A stretch of 64,000 bases of DNA from an uncultured Gemmatimonadales bacterium (GTDB lineage: Bacteria; Gemmatimonadota; Gemmatimonadetes; Gemmatimonadales; GWC2-71-9). Position 1 is the stretch's first letter. Every line of letters starts with the position of its first letter. The stretch is from assembly GCA_963695555.1 (NCBI GenBank), contig CAVOGR010000005.1, forward strand, positions 416,001 to 480,000. Reading direction: 5' to 3'. The translations under genes were made by a program, and so were the position numbers. The notes under the pieces were generated by a model that ran no database searches, was not told the DNA's origin, and saw only the letters and a program-made list of their open reading frames with translations. Below are positions 22,856 through 34,139 of the stretch, one piece after another.

Positions 22856-24671
22856 ATGTCCACCTTCACCACCCGCCCCGAGATCATCGGCACCTTCGGC
22901 GTCGTCACCTCGACCCACTGGATCGCGTCCGCCGTCGGCATGGCGATCCTGGAAAGCGGCGGCAACGCCTTCGACGCCGCCGTCGCCACGGGCTTCGTGC
23001 TGCAGGTGGTCGAGCCGCACCTGAACGGCCCCGGCGGCGACATGCCGGTGATCTTCCATCCGGCGCAACGAGGACGGCGGCCGAGGTGCTCTGCGGCCAG
23101 GGCGCCGCGCCGGCCGGCGCCACCATCGCGCCTACCGCGACCTCGGGCTCGACCTGGTGCCCGGCTCGGGCCTGCTCGCCACGGTCGTGCCGGGCGCCTT
23201 CGACGCCTGGATGCTGCTGCTGCGCGACCACGGCACCATGCCGCTCGCGCGAGGTGCTGGAGCCGGCGATCGACTACGCCGCGCACGGCCATCCGATGCT
23301 GCCGCGCGTCGCCGCGACCATCGCCGGTCTGGCCGACTTCTTCCGCGAGCGAATGGCCGACCTCGGCCGCGATCTGGCTGCCGGGCGGCCGTGCCCCGCG
23401 CGCCGGGCGCCTGTTCCGCAACCCCGAGCTCGCCGACACCTAGCGACCGCATCCTCGCCGAGGCCGAGGCGGCCGGCGCGGCCGCGAGGCGCAGATCGAG
23501 GCGGCGCGCGCGCGCCTTCTACGCAGGGCTTCGTCGCCGAGGCGATCGACCGCTTCTGCCGCACGCCGGAGGTGCATGGACGCCACCGGCCGGCGCCACA
23601 CGGCGGCGTGCTGACCGGCGACGACATGGCCGGCTGGCAGGCCAGCTACGAGGCGCCGCTGACCGTCGACTACGGCGGCTGGACGCGTCGTGCAAGAGCG
23701 GCCCCTGGAGCCAGGGCCCGGTGCTCCTGCAGCACGCTTGCGCTGCTCGACGGCTTCGACCTCGCCGCGATGGACCCGACGGCGCCGACTTCGTCCACAC
23801 GGTGGTCGAGGCGATGAAGCTCGCCTTCGCCGACCGCGAGGCCTTCTACGGCGACCCCGACTTCGTCGACGTCCCGATCGACACGCTGCTGTCGCGACGC
23901 CTACGCCGCCGCGCGCCGCGCGCTGATCGGCGCCGCGGCCTCGCTCGAGCTGCGGCCCGGGCTGCTCGCCGGCTACGCGGCCCAGGTCGACGCCGCACGC
24001 TGGCGCCGGCCGCCGACAGCCCGAGCCGGCGCGGCGCCGGCGTCGGCGAGCCGACCATGGCGCATCTGCAGCGAACGCCGCGGCGACACCGTCCACGTCG
24101 ACGTCATCGACCGCTGGGGCAACATGGTCTCGGCCACGCCCTCGGGCGGCTGGCTGCAGATCCTCGCCGGTCGATCCCCGAGCTCGGCTTCCCGCTGAAC
24201 ACGCGCGCGCAGATGTTCTGGCTGGACGAGGGCCTGCCGCCATCGCTCGCGCCCGGGCGGCGGCCGCGCACCACGCTGTCGCCGTCGCTCGCGCTGCGCG
24301 ACGGCGGGCCGCTGCATCGCCTTCGGCACGCCCGGCGGCGACCAGCAGGACCAGTGGCAGCTCGCGCTGTTCCTGCGCCACGTCCACCACGGCATGAACC
24401 TGCAGGAGGCGATCGACGCGCCGCTGTTCCACACCAGCGCATTTCCAGAGCTCGTTCTATCCCGCGCGAGCCAACCCGGCCGGGCACCTGATGGTCGAGC
24501 CGGCGCTTCGGCGAGGCGGTCATCGCCGAGCTGCGCCGCCGCGGCCACGACGTCGAGGTCGCCGAGCCCTGGAGCGTCGGCCGGCTCACCGCCGCGCGCC
24601 GCGACGCCGACGGCCTCCTGCGCGCCGCCGCCACGCCGCGGCTGATGCAGGCCTACGCGGTCGGGCGCTGA
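22856..24671 (+). CDS. Gamma-glutamyltransferase family protein, frameshifted
   Basis: [54 protein letters not shown] and [12 protein letters not shown]. Confidence 0.9.
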
Positions 24672-24679
24672 GGAGCCCC

Positions 24680-25427
24680 ATGACCTACTCCATCGTCGGC
24701 CGTGACCCCCAGACCGGCCACATCGGCGTCGCCGTGGCCAGCCGCTTCTTCGCGGTCGGCGCGGTGGTTCCCTACACGGCGGCGACCACCGCCGTTGCCA
24801 CCCAGGCCTTCGTCAATCCGCTCTACGGCGTCGAGGGCCGCCACGCCTCGCCGGTGGCGAGCCCGCCGCGGCCGTGATCGCCGACTTCACCGCCCGCGAC
24901 GGCACGCCGCCCAGCGCCAGGTCCACATGATCGACGGCGCCGGCGACTTCGCCGCCTATACCGGTACGGACTGCGTCGACTGGGCTGGACACGTCGTCGG
25001 CACCGACTGCTCGGTTGCCGGCAACATGCTCGCCGGCCCCGACGTCGTCGCCGACACCTGCGAGACCTTCGAGTGCGGCCGCGGCCTGCGCCTGCCAGAG
25101 CGCCTGCTGGCAGCCATGGAGGCCGGCGAGCGCGCCGGCGGCGACAAGCGCGGCCGCCAGTCCGCGGCGTTGCGCGTCCACCGCGGCGAGGACTACCGCT
25201 GGATCGACATCCGCGCCGACGACCACGCCGACCCGCTGGCCGAGCTCCGCCGCCTGATGGCCGTTGCCGAGGAACGCTACCTGCATTTCGTCGAGGCCCT
25301 GGCCACTCGCGCCGACTTCACAGGTATGGTGGACCGCGCGCCGCTCGACCGCGCCATCCGCGCTGCCGAGGAACAGCGCCGCGCCGCCGGCCTTTCCAGC
25401 GTCTCCTTCGCCACGCCCCTGCTCTGA
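24680..25427 (+). CDS. DUF1028 (Ntn-hydrolase-like) protein
   Basis: [23 protein letters not shown] and [12 protein letters not shown]. Confidence 0.88.
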
Positions 25428-25715
25428 TCGCCGCGCGAGCAGCCCCGGCTCGACCGGGGTGATCAGAGTTCGGCAGGCCGACTTATTGCATAGAAGTGCG
25501 AACGGCCTGGAGGGCAACAAGCCACCGCGGCTCTCCTGAAACTGTCGGGACAAGACGAGCGCGGACTCGCCAACGTCGTATCGACGCAGCATCCCGGCGA
25601 TCGGCGATCCGAGGCGTTGGCCAAAGTGGAAAGACCCGCGGAAGCGCCACAATCTGAACCGCGGCGCGGCTGAAGATTGAGGGTATGTAGCTAGTCATGT
25701 CATGCTGGCTGGCCC

Positions 25716-26120
25716 TCAAGCGTGACCGTGAATGGAATCCGCGCCGACCCTGTACACCGATCCGTTGCGCTCCATCCGCCCCGATCTGCTCCGGACACCA
25801 TCCCAAGGCAGGGCAATCATCGACGTGGGCACGCAGGTGGGTGGAGGGCACGATCCTCGAGCCGCGCAGCTTGCCCGCCCGGGCACGCCGTGCGCGGCGC
25901 TATCCGGCGTGTTGCCGTAGGCGCACCGGTCGCGGGCGGGTTCGCGCTGGATCGTGCCACGGTGCCGGCCGGGCCGCCCGGCGATCTCGCTGACGCCCAG
26001 GCCCATCTCCACCAGGCCGCGCAAAGTCGCATCCTTCCTCAAGGCTGAGGTGGCTGTATCTCTGTCCCATGGCGATCCCAGACATAGCCGGTGTCGCAAT
26101 TGGTTTGTGACTTTGCGGGC
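25716..26120 (-). mobile_element. Degenerate IS30-family remnant (transposase N-terminus)
   Basis: MGQRYSHLSLEE...GLGVSEIAGR.GRHRGTIQRE...W.PEQI, broken by frameshifts; no DDE domain. Confidence 0.75.
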
Positions 26121-26353
26121 TGGGTCCGCCACCCCGACCTCTCCGCTGGCCAGGAATACAGCGTGTTCGGCGCGGGCTGCGCTTCACGCCGCCAACGTGC
26201 CAAGTTTCGATGATACGGTATTGACGGGTCCAGCCGCGCGGGCTTACGGTGCAATCAACTAGCGGAGACTTCGCGGGCCAGCACAACTCGCCTCGCATGC
26301 TTCCTTCGGGCCTACGCGCTAGTTAAATCAAAATCTAGGGAAGGAGACCACCG

Positions 26354-28109
26354 ATGAGGTCCGGTCACAAACTAATGGCAATCTTTACGATTGCCATGTC
26401 TTCGGCGTCACTGCTTGCCGTGCAGTCCGCCGTTGCCCAGGGCAGTCCGATCGACAACATCACGCCGGTCACCGACGAGATGCTGCTCAACCCACCGGAC
26501 GGCGACTGGCTGATGTGGCGGCGCACCTACGATGGGTGGGGCTACAGCCCGCTCGACCAGATTAACAAGGAAAACGTCGGCGATCTTCAGCTGGCCTGGG
26601 CCTGGAGCATGACACCGGGGCGGACGCAGGAGAACTCCGCTGGCCCACGACGGGATCCTTTACATCCAGAACGCCGACCAGTTGATCCAAGCTCTCGACG
26701 GGGCCACCGGCGACCTTATCTGGGAGTATGAATACCAGCTGCCGGATGACGTGGCCCCGAGGGGGATCCGCAACAAGGCAATCTACCAAGACAAGCTGAT
26801 CATCGCGACCCGCGACGCCCATCTCATCGCGCTCGACGCCAAGACGGGCCAGTTGGTCTGGGACCAGCAGGTCGCCAACTACAAGCACGGCTGGGGCTAT
26901 TCCAGCGGACCGATCGTGGCAAACGGGGTCATTGTCCAGGGCATGACCAACTGCAGCAACGCCCAGCCGGGCGGGTGCTTCTTCACCGGGCACGACGTCA
27001 ATACCGGTGCGGAATTGTGGCGCGTCAACACCATCGCCCGGGGCGACACGCCCGAGGGCAGACAGCTGGAACGGCGTTCCGCTGGCGAGCCGCCACGGCG
27101 CCTCAGCGTGGATCGCTGGCTCCTACGACCCCGAGCAGAACCTGGTTTCGATGGGCGTCGGCCAGCCCTATCCGTGGAACGTCGAGATCGCCGGGCTTAC
27201 CCCTCCGAGCTCGGATTCCAACGTCACCAACGACGCGCTATACACCAACTCTACGCTCGCCTTCGACGCGACCACCGGCGAGCTGAAGTGGTACCATCAG
27301 TATCTCCCGATCGACACGCTCGACCTCGACTACGTCTATGAGCGCTTGCTCATCGACCTGCCGGTCGATGGTCAGGAGCGCAGTACGGTGGTGACGACCG
27401 GCAAGATCGGCATCATCGAGGCCATCGACCGGACCACCGGCGAATGGCTCTGGGCCAAGGAGACGTGCGCCGCAGAACGTGGTGCTCTCGATCGATCCGG
27501 AAACTGGCGAGAAGGACGATCAATCCGGAGGTGATTCCGGTAATCGGCGAGACCACCTTCAACTGCCCGGCCGATCCGGGTGCCAAAGCCTGGCAGGCCA
27601 CGGCCTACAGCCCGCGGACCCAGGCGCTGTATCTGCCGACGGTAGAGTTCTGCTCGAACACGACGGTCAACCCGCTAGACCCGGGCCAGATCTACACCGG
27701 CGGCGGCCTGCAGACCTACTCTCGCGTGCCGGTGCCCGACAGCGACGGCAACATCGGCCAGGTCCGTGCCATCAAGCTGACCGACCAGTCGGAGATGTGG
27801 CAGTACCGGCAGCGTCCGCCGGTCACCAGTTCGACCCTGCCGACCGGCGGCGGCGTGGTGTTCGTCGGCAGTCTCGACCGCAAGTTCATGGCCTTCGACG
27901 ACGAGACCGGCGAGCTGCTGTGGACCAGCCCGACGCTGAGCAATTCGCTCGAATCCTTCCCGATCACCTACGAGGCCGGCGGCAAGCAGTACGTGGCGAT
28001 AGTCGCGAATTTCGCCTCGGGCCTCGGCCGCTCGCAGTCGCTGACCCCGGAAGTGAAACTTCCGTCGAACGACCCGATTACGCTATACGTCTTCGCGCTT
28101 CCCGACTGA
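26354..28109 (+). CDS. Periplasmic PQQ-binding beta-propeller dehydrogenase (atypical), frameshifted
   Basis: Signal peptide, DWLMWRRTYDGWGYSPLDQIN..NV..LQLAW, repeated ALD..TG...W tryptophan-docking motifs and PITYEAGGKQYVA. Confidence 0.9.
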
Positions 28110-28176
28110 TCGGCTGAGCGCATCCCCAGAACCAGCCCGGGCGGACCTGGAGGCATCCAGTCCGCCCGGCGCCTTT

Positions 28177-29061
28177 ATGAGGTCCGACCTTGCCCGTCTG
28201 CTTTCGCGATTACGCGTCGTGCCGTTGCGCTCGCTGGCGTTCGCGCTGACAGTTGCGGTCGGCCGCGCTGTCGCCAGGGCCGTGTTCGGCGCAGGAACCA
28301 GAATTCTACGACGAGCCGTACGCCCCGGACCAGTGGACCTTCGGCCGGCGGCTGGACGAGTTGCAGCTTCGCTACTGCGTGGATCGGCGCGACCCCGACT
28401 GGGAGGTGGCCGGCGCCATCGCCGACGCCATCGCCGCTGCGCTGCTGCTCGAGCCGCAGCGATACGTGGTCGAAAGCGAGATCGTCCTCGAGGACATCAC
28501 CAACGTCTACGCGGTCATGCTGGAGCACTGTGACGTTCACATGGGCTTCAAGCTGATCCCCGAGGGCTATGCCAACTGGGTCACGCTGACACGCGCCTAC
28601 TACGAAACCCAATACGTCTTCGTCACCGCCGACCCCGACACCCGCGCGCTCGCCGACTCTGGCGCCCGGGCGCCCGATCGGCGCGACGATGGGCAAGTTC
28701 GGCGCATATTCGGCTGGTCTCCTACCTCACGGCCATGCCCGCCGAAGATCGCTGGCCGGCGTTCCCGATGGGCACCGACGCCTGGCCCTCGAGTCGCTTC
28801 TCAACGGCACGGTCGACGTCGCCCTCGTCTGGGCCCCCAGTCTGTGGGCGAGGCAGCGCGCAGGATGCCGCCTACGCCGACCTGCGCGTGATCGACCCGA
28901 ACCCACTGCCGCCGACCACCCTTGGGGTAGGCGCGCTGCTCCTCGCCGACGAGACCTTCCTGCGCACGGCCGTCGACGAGGCGATCGCCGCGCTGAGCGC
29001 GGACGGGACGATCGCCGGCATCCTCGAGATGTATGCGTTTCCGGCGACGGCCGGGCCCTGA
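28177..29061 (+). CDS. MoxJ/XoxJ-like periplasmic binding protein (family 3), frameshifted
   Basis: LRYCVD, CDVHMG, TLTRAYY, GTVDVALVWAP and DGTIAGIL. Confidence 0.75.
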
Positions 29062-30065
29062 TGCCGGGAACGTCGAACTCCGGCCCCGCCATCCGCGTCG
29101 ACGCTGTATCCAAGCGCTACGGGCGCACGCTGGCGCTGGACGACATCAGCTTCGAGGTTCGCGACCGGGAGCTATTCGCGCTGCTGGGACCCAACGGCGC
29201 AGGCAAGACGACACTCCTGCACATCCTGTGCACGATCCTGCGCCCCGACAGCGGCGTGGCGCTGATCGGCGGCCACGACGTGGTCAAGGAGCCGCTGGCC
29301 GCCCGCCGTCGTCTCGGCATCGTCTTTCAGGAACCGAGCCTCGACGACCGGCTGACGGTTCGCGAGAACCTCGAGCTGCACGGGCTGGTGTTCGGGGTGC
29401 CGCGGAAGCTGCGGCGGCAGCGCATCGAGGAGATGCTGGCGCTGGTGGAGCTGGCCGACTGGGCGGACAGGCCGGCGCGCACGCTGTCCTCGGGCATGAA
29501 GCGCCGGCTGGAGATCGCCCGTGCACTGATCCATGATTCCGAGGTCATGCTCCTCGACGAACCGACGGTCGGGCTCGACGCCCAGACCCGCGAGCGCATC
29601 TGGTCCTACATCCGCCGCCTGCGCGCCGAGCGGCAAATCACCGTGCTGGTGACCACCCACTACATCGAGGAAGTCGAAGGCTGCGACCGGGTCTGCGTCG
29701 TGGACCAGGGCAAGGTCTTGGCCCTCGACACGCCCGAGGCGCTAAAGCGCGACCATGGCCAGCAGTTGCTGCGCATCGTCCCCAGGGCCGAGGACGATCG
29801 CGACGAGATCCTGGCACGCTATGCGGATCGACTGGCGGGCGCCACGGGGGAGAAGGGCGAGGCCATCCTGCTCGCCTCGGACGACGCTTTCGCCGAGGCG
29901 TTCCTCGCCGAACACGCCGGCCGCATCCGCTCGCTGGCGGTCGAGGTGCCGAGCCTGGAGTTGGTGTTCCTGTCACTGACCGGGCGCGCGCTCCGCGACC
30001 AGCCCGCCAGCGCCCGCGAGCGCACCCTCGCCTTCGGCAAGCGCGGAGGAGAACACACCCGATGA
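29061..30065 (+). CDS. ABC-2/DrrA-type ATP-binding protein
   Basis: GPNGAGKTT, LSSGMKRR, LLDEPTVGLD and TTHY. Confidence 0.92.
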   Translation: MPGTSNSGPAIRVDAVSKRYGRTLALDDISFEVRDRELFALLGPNGAGKTTLLHILCTILRPDSGVALIGGHDVVKEPLAARRRLGIVFQEPSLDDRLTVRENLELHGLVFGVPRKLRRQRIEEMLALVELADWADRPARTLSSGMKRRLEIARALIHDSEVMLLDEPTVGLDAQTRERIWSYIRRLRAERQITVLVTTHYIEEVEGCDRVCVVDQGKVLALDTPEALKRDHGQQLLRIVPRAEDDRDEILARYADRLAGATGEKGEAILLASDDAFAEAFLAEHAGRIRSLAVEVPSLELVFLSLTGRALRDQPASARERTLAFGKRGGEHTR

Positions 30066-30916
30066 CCAACGCCGACAGTGCCTCCAAATCGCGCGCGGCG
30101 CCCCGGTCGCTTCTGCTGATCCAGCTCGGCGGGCTCTACGGCATCTGGCTGCGCGAGGTGAAGCGCGCGATCCGCGACCGCGGCCAGCTGGTCGGGGGCA
30201 TCAGCCGGCCCATTCTGTGGGTGCTGATCCTCGGCATCGGCCTCAATCCCTATTTTCGCGGCGAGGTCTACGGCGAGGTGACCTTCGTCGTGCCGTTCAC
30301 CTATCTGCAGTTCATCTTTCCCGCCGTAGTGGCGCTGAACATCATGTTCACCTCTGTCCAGTCGGCGGTCTCGGTGATCTGGGATCGCGAGTTCGGCTTC
30401 TTGCGCGAGGTGCTGGTCTCTCCGATGTCGCGCGGCACGGTGTTGCTCGGCAAGGTGCTGGGCGGCACGACGGTGGCGGTGATCCACGGCTGCCTGGTGC
30501 TTCTGCTCGCCCGTTTCGCCGACGTGCCGCTGACCTGGCTCGACGTGCTGAGGGCCATCGGCCTCATGGCCATGCTGGCCTTTGCGATGACCTCGCTCGG
30601 GGTGGTGATCGCCAACCGCGTGCGCAGTTTCGAAGGCTTCGGCGTCTTCTCCAACGCCGTCATCCTGCCGCTCTACTTCACGTCGAGCTCGATCTTTCCC
30701 CTCAACCCGGCGCTGACCGGCGCCCAGACCCGGGTCGTCTACCCCGAATGGCTGGTTACCATCGTCGAGTACAATCCGCTGACCTATGCCGTGGACGCGC
30801 TGCGCGGCGTGCTCATCAACTACAACCAGTTCGAGCCCAGCCTCGGGATCGTGGTCATGGGTGTCGCCTGCGTGGTGCTGTTCGCGATCGCGCTCTACGA
30901 CTTCCGCAGGATGTGA
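30062..30916 (+). CDS. ABC-2 type permease (PedC-like)
   Basis: WDREFGFLREVLVSP, NPLTYAVDALR; about 6 TM helices. Confidence 0.9.
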   Translation: MTNADSASKSRAAPRSLLLIQLGGLYGIWLREVKRAIRDRGQLVGGISRPILWVLILGIGLNPYFRGEVYGEVTFVVPFTYLQFIFPAVVALNIMFTSVQSAVSVIWDREFGFLREVLVSPMSRGTVLLGKVLGGTTVAVIHGCLVLLLARFADVPLTWLDVLRAIGLMAMLAFAMTSLGVVIANRVRSFEGFGVFSNAVILPLYFTSSSIFPLNPALTGAQTRVVYPEWLVTIVEYNPLTYAVDALRGVLINYNQFEPSLGIVVMGVACVVLFAIALYDFRRM

Positions 30917-30926
30917 GCGTTTCGGC

Positions 30927-31745
30927 ATGCGCATCCTGCGGCAACTGGCGCGCAACCTCGGCGGCATCGTCGTCGTCGTCGGCCTGTTGCTGATGGTCAC
31001 CTTCCTGCCGCCCGATACCTCGCTTGCCGAGGTCGAGGCGAACGGCGCCATTCGCGCCTGCGTGCCCACAAGCTACCCGCCGCTGATCACCGGCGACCCA
31101 GGCAAGCCGGGGATCGACATCGAGATTCTCCAGGCCGTTGCCGACTACATGGGCGTGAAGCTGCTGATCAGCCCAAGCGATGCCATGGGCCGCGACTTCA
31201 ATCCGCGCAACTGGGCCATCAACCGCGCCAAGTGCCAGGTGCTCGCCGGGGGCGTCGTCGATTCGACGCTCACCCGCTCGTTCCTCGATACCGGGCCGCC
31301 CTACGCGCGGACCGGCTGGGCGATCGTGGCGCCGGAACCGCTGGAAGGGATCGACGGCCTCACCCTCGGGGCGCTCACCATCATCTCCGGCCTCGATCGC
31401 ATCGGCCTCGCCAGCTACCTGCGCGCTCACGACGTCACCGTCCGTGTCGTTCGCAGCGGCGAAGCGCTCGTCGAAGGCATCGCGAGCGGCGAGCTCGACG
31501 GCGGCATCAGCGAGGCGCTGCTGGCCGGCGGGCTCGCGGCGGACAAGGGTTGGTGGGTTGCCCCGATGTCCGACGAGCTTGTGCGCTACAATCTGGTCTT
31601 CGGGCTCTGGAAGGGCGACCTCACGCTGAAGCGCGAGATCGTCAAGGCGTTCCGAGAGCTGGAAGCGGACGGTAGCCTGGCTGACATTCTCGAGCGCTAC
31701 GGGGCGCCGCCGCTGGGACAGGACGCCATCGCCCCGGCACCCTGA
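30927..31745 (+). CDS. Second family-3 periplasmic binding protein with N-terminal TM anchor
   Basis: LPPDTSL.EV...G.IRACVP..YPPL, PGIDIEIL and ADGSLADILERY. Confidence 0.8.
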   Translation: MRILRQLARNLGGIVVVVGLLLMVTFLPPDTSLAEVEANGAIRACVPTSYPPLITGDPGKPGIDIEILQAVADYMGVKLLISPSDAMGRDFNPRNWAINRAKCQVLAGGVVDSTLTRSFLDTGPPYARTGWAIVAPEPLEGIDGLTLGALTIISGLDRIGLASYLRAHDVTVRVVRSGEALVEGIASGELDGGISEALLAGGLAADKGWWVAPMSDELVRYNLVFGLWKGDLTLKREIVKAFRELEADGSLADILERYGAPPLGQDAIAPAP

Positions 31746-31949
31746 TGGACCCGCGGGACCGTCCACCAGCGCCCAACTCGTGCCAAATCGCTTCCAAAAC
31801 CCTAAAAAGTGGCAAGCCTGATTCCAGCCGCTTTCCAGCCGCATTCCAGCCTCAAAAAACGGCACATTTTCATAAGCTTGCCCCGCATCCGCCGATGCGC
31901 AGCGATTTTCGCATCACTCCGCTTCGCCGCAGCCGGTATGAACCCACGT

Positions 31950-32559
31950 TCACCTGCCGAGAATGACCGACGCCAGTACGGTATGGGCCGGGCCGAGAAG
32001 CCGGCGCACCGTGCCAGTCGCTACCGCCACCAGCAGCACGGCGACGAGTATCCATCGGACCTGCCGCGGCACGCGGATGCCGAGGGCGTTCAGGAGCATC
32101 CCGCCGGTGAGCGGCGGGATGGGGATGAGGTTGAACACCGCGAACCAGATCGTGAGGCTGCTCGCAACCCGCAGGAACGCCGCCGTGGTCAGCGCGGCCG
32201 AGTGCGGCAGTATCGTCAGCGCCGGCAGGACCAGGGCGTCGAGAAGTGCTGCAAGCACCAACAGGCCGGCGAAGCCGGTCAGGATGACGACGACGATTCC
32301 GAACCGGCCGATGCGGAACTCGCCCGCGTCGACGGCCACCGGCTTGCCCCAGCCCAGTCCGTACAGGATCACGCTGAATGCGCCAACGAGATCGATGTGG
32401 CCGGCGGGCACAACCGTCAGGCGGCCGTCGTACTTGGGTCCCTTGTCGCCCAGCAGCACTGCGGCCCCCGCGACGATGCCCACCATGTAGCCCTGCAATG
32501 ATCAGAAGGGCGACGAAACGGAAGGCGATCGTCTGGAGGGTGAGGTCTGTCAGCCCCAT
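31950..32559 (-). CDS. Site-2 protease (M50)-like membrane protein lacking the Zn ligands; frameshift near 32485
   Basis: LGD.GP..DGRLT..P..HID..G, GWGKPV and FNLIPIPPLTGG. Confidence 0.8.
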
Positions 32560-32585
32560 CGCCTAGACTTGCCACCGGCCCCCGG

Positions 32586-33039
32586 TCACTTCACCATCGT
32601 CAGATAGTCCAGCGTGTCTAGGTCCGTGGGCAGTGGCGCGCCGGCCCTGAAGCCGTTTCGCTTCAGGATGTAGGCCACCAGATCGGCGTAGATGCTGGGA
32701 GAGTAGCGCCCTGGCGAACTGGGCGGCATCAGGCTGCTGGTGTACATGAACAACGACGATGCGGGCGCGCCGTTGGCGTAATTTTGCTCGAAGTTCAGGC
32801 CGCGCAATGGCGGTCCGCCGTTCAGCCCGCCCTTGAGATCGTCTCCGTGGCACTCTACGCACTCTCGCTCGAACTGTTTTTCTCCGCGATCTGCCTGTTC
32901 CGACGAGTAGGACACCGGGTGTTCGACCGGAGCCGCGTCGGCTTGGGCGAGGATGAATACTGTCCGCCCGGCCGGAGCGGCGTCCGGCCAGCACGAATGT
33001 CACTGCGCAGAAGTGGAGCCGACTGGATTTTCCCGGCAC
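32586..33039 (-). CDS. Monoheme c-type cytochrome; signal peptide region frameshifted
   Basis: YSSEQADRG...CVECHG.DL.G, GPPLRG and MPPSSPG. Confidence 0.88.
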
Positions 33040-33289
33040 CGCGAAAAGGCCCCATGGCCCGCGTGAGGCGCACTCCTGACCGTGAACGGTGGGTTCATAG
33101 GGTTACGCCCGATACTATCCGCTCACCACCCGGCCAAGCGGTATGCGTCGGCGCCGCAGCGAACGGCGAATCTGCCCGCACGATACCGAGACAGGCGTCG
33201 ATTGCAAGGGCCAATTGGCGTCGGGCCCTGCATGGCAGCGAGCATCTTGGCCGGTAACGACCGATTCATCCCCCCTCGGGCCGGGGTGA

Positions 33290-34075
33290 GGTCTCGGCCG
33301 AAGAATGGAGGCGGAATCCGACAGTACCAGTTCGCGCATACGCCGCGACAGGTAGCTTCGCAGCTCCACATAGCGGGGCTCGGCGCGGGCGTCGTAGTCC
33401 CAGCGCGGGCGCGGCAGGTCGACGTCGAGTACCTCGACGATGCGGCCCGGCCGCGGCCCATCAGCACCATCTTGTCGGCGAGGAGGATCGCCTCGTCGAC
33501 GCTGTGGGTGACGAAGACCACCACGCTCTGCGGCGCGTCCACAGCCGCATGAGCTCGATCTGCATCAGCTCGCGGGTCTGCGCGTCGATGCTGGCGAACG
33601 GCTCGTCCATCAGCAGGATGTCCGGCTCGGTCGCCAACGCCCGCGCCAGAGCCACGCGCTGCTTCATGCCGCCGGAAAGCTCGTTGGGATAGGACGTGGC
33701 AAAACGCGACAGCCCGACCACCGACAGGTAGTGATCGGCCACGGCCCGGCTCTCGCTCTTCGGCATGCCGTTGACGTCCAGCGCGAAGTCGACGTTGCCC
33801 TGCACCGTCGCCCACGGGATCAGCCGGAACGACTGGAAGACGAAGCCCATCGACGGCCCTGGCTCGGCGCCTTGCCCGAACCGGGACCTCGCCGACATCG
33901 GGCTTGATCAGCCCGTTGACCATCCGCAGCATCGTGGTCTTGCCGCAGCCCGGACGGTCCCACCAGGGTGATGAAGGTCTGGTCGGCGATAAGCGAAACG
34001 TCCCGCATCGCCGGGACCAGGTCGCGGCCGCCGGTGAGCGGCGGAACGTCTTGGAGACGCTGGTCGGACAGCGAT
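33290..34075 (-). CDS. NitT/TauT family ABC ATPase, frameshifted (ends approximate)
   Basis: GPSGCGKTT, FVFQSFRLIPW, LSGGMKQRV, DEPFASID and VTHSVDEA. Confidence 0.85.
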
Positions 34076-34139
34076 GGCAGGCTGCGAGCCCGGCGGCACG
34101 TCTGCCGCCGCCGGGGAGCACGGTCGTCGGGCGCGGCAC

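Noticed and set aside
25475..25491. Sigma-54-like GG-N10-GC motif (AGGCCGACTTATTGCAT)
   Set aside because: Weak -24 element and no recognisable gene directly downstream.
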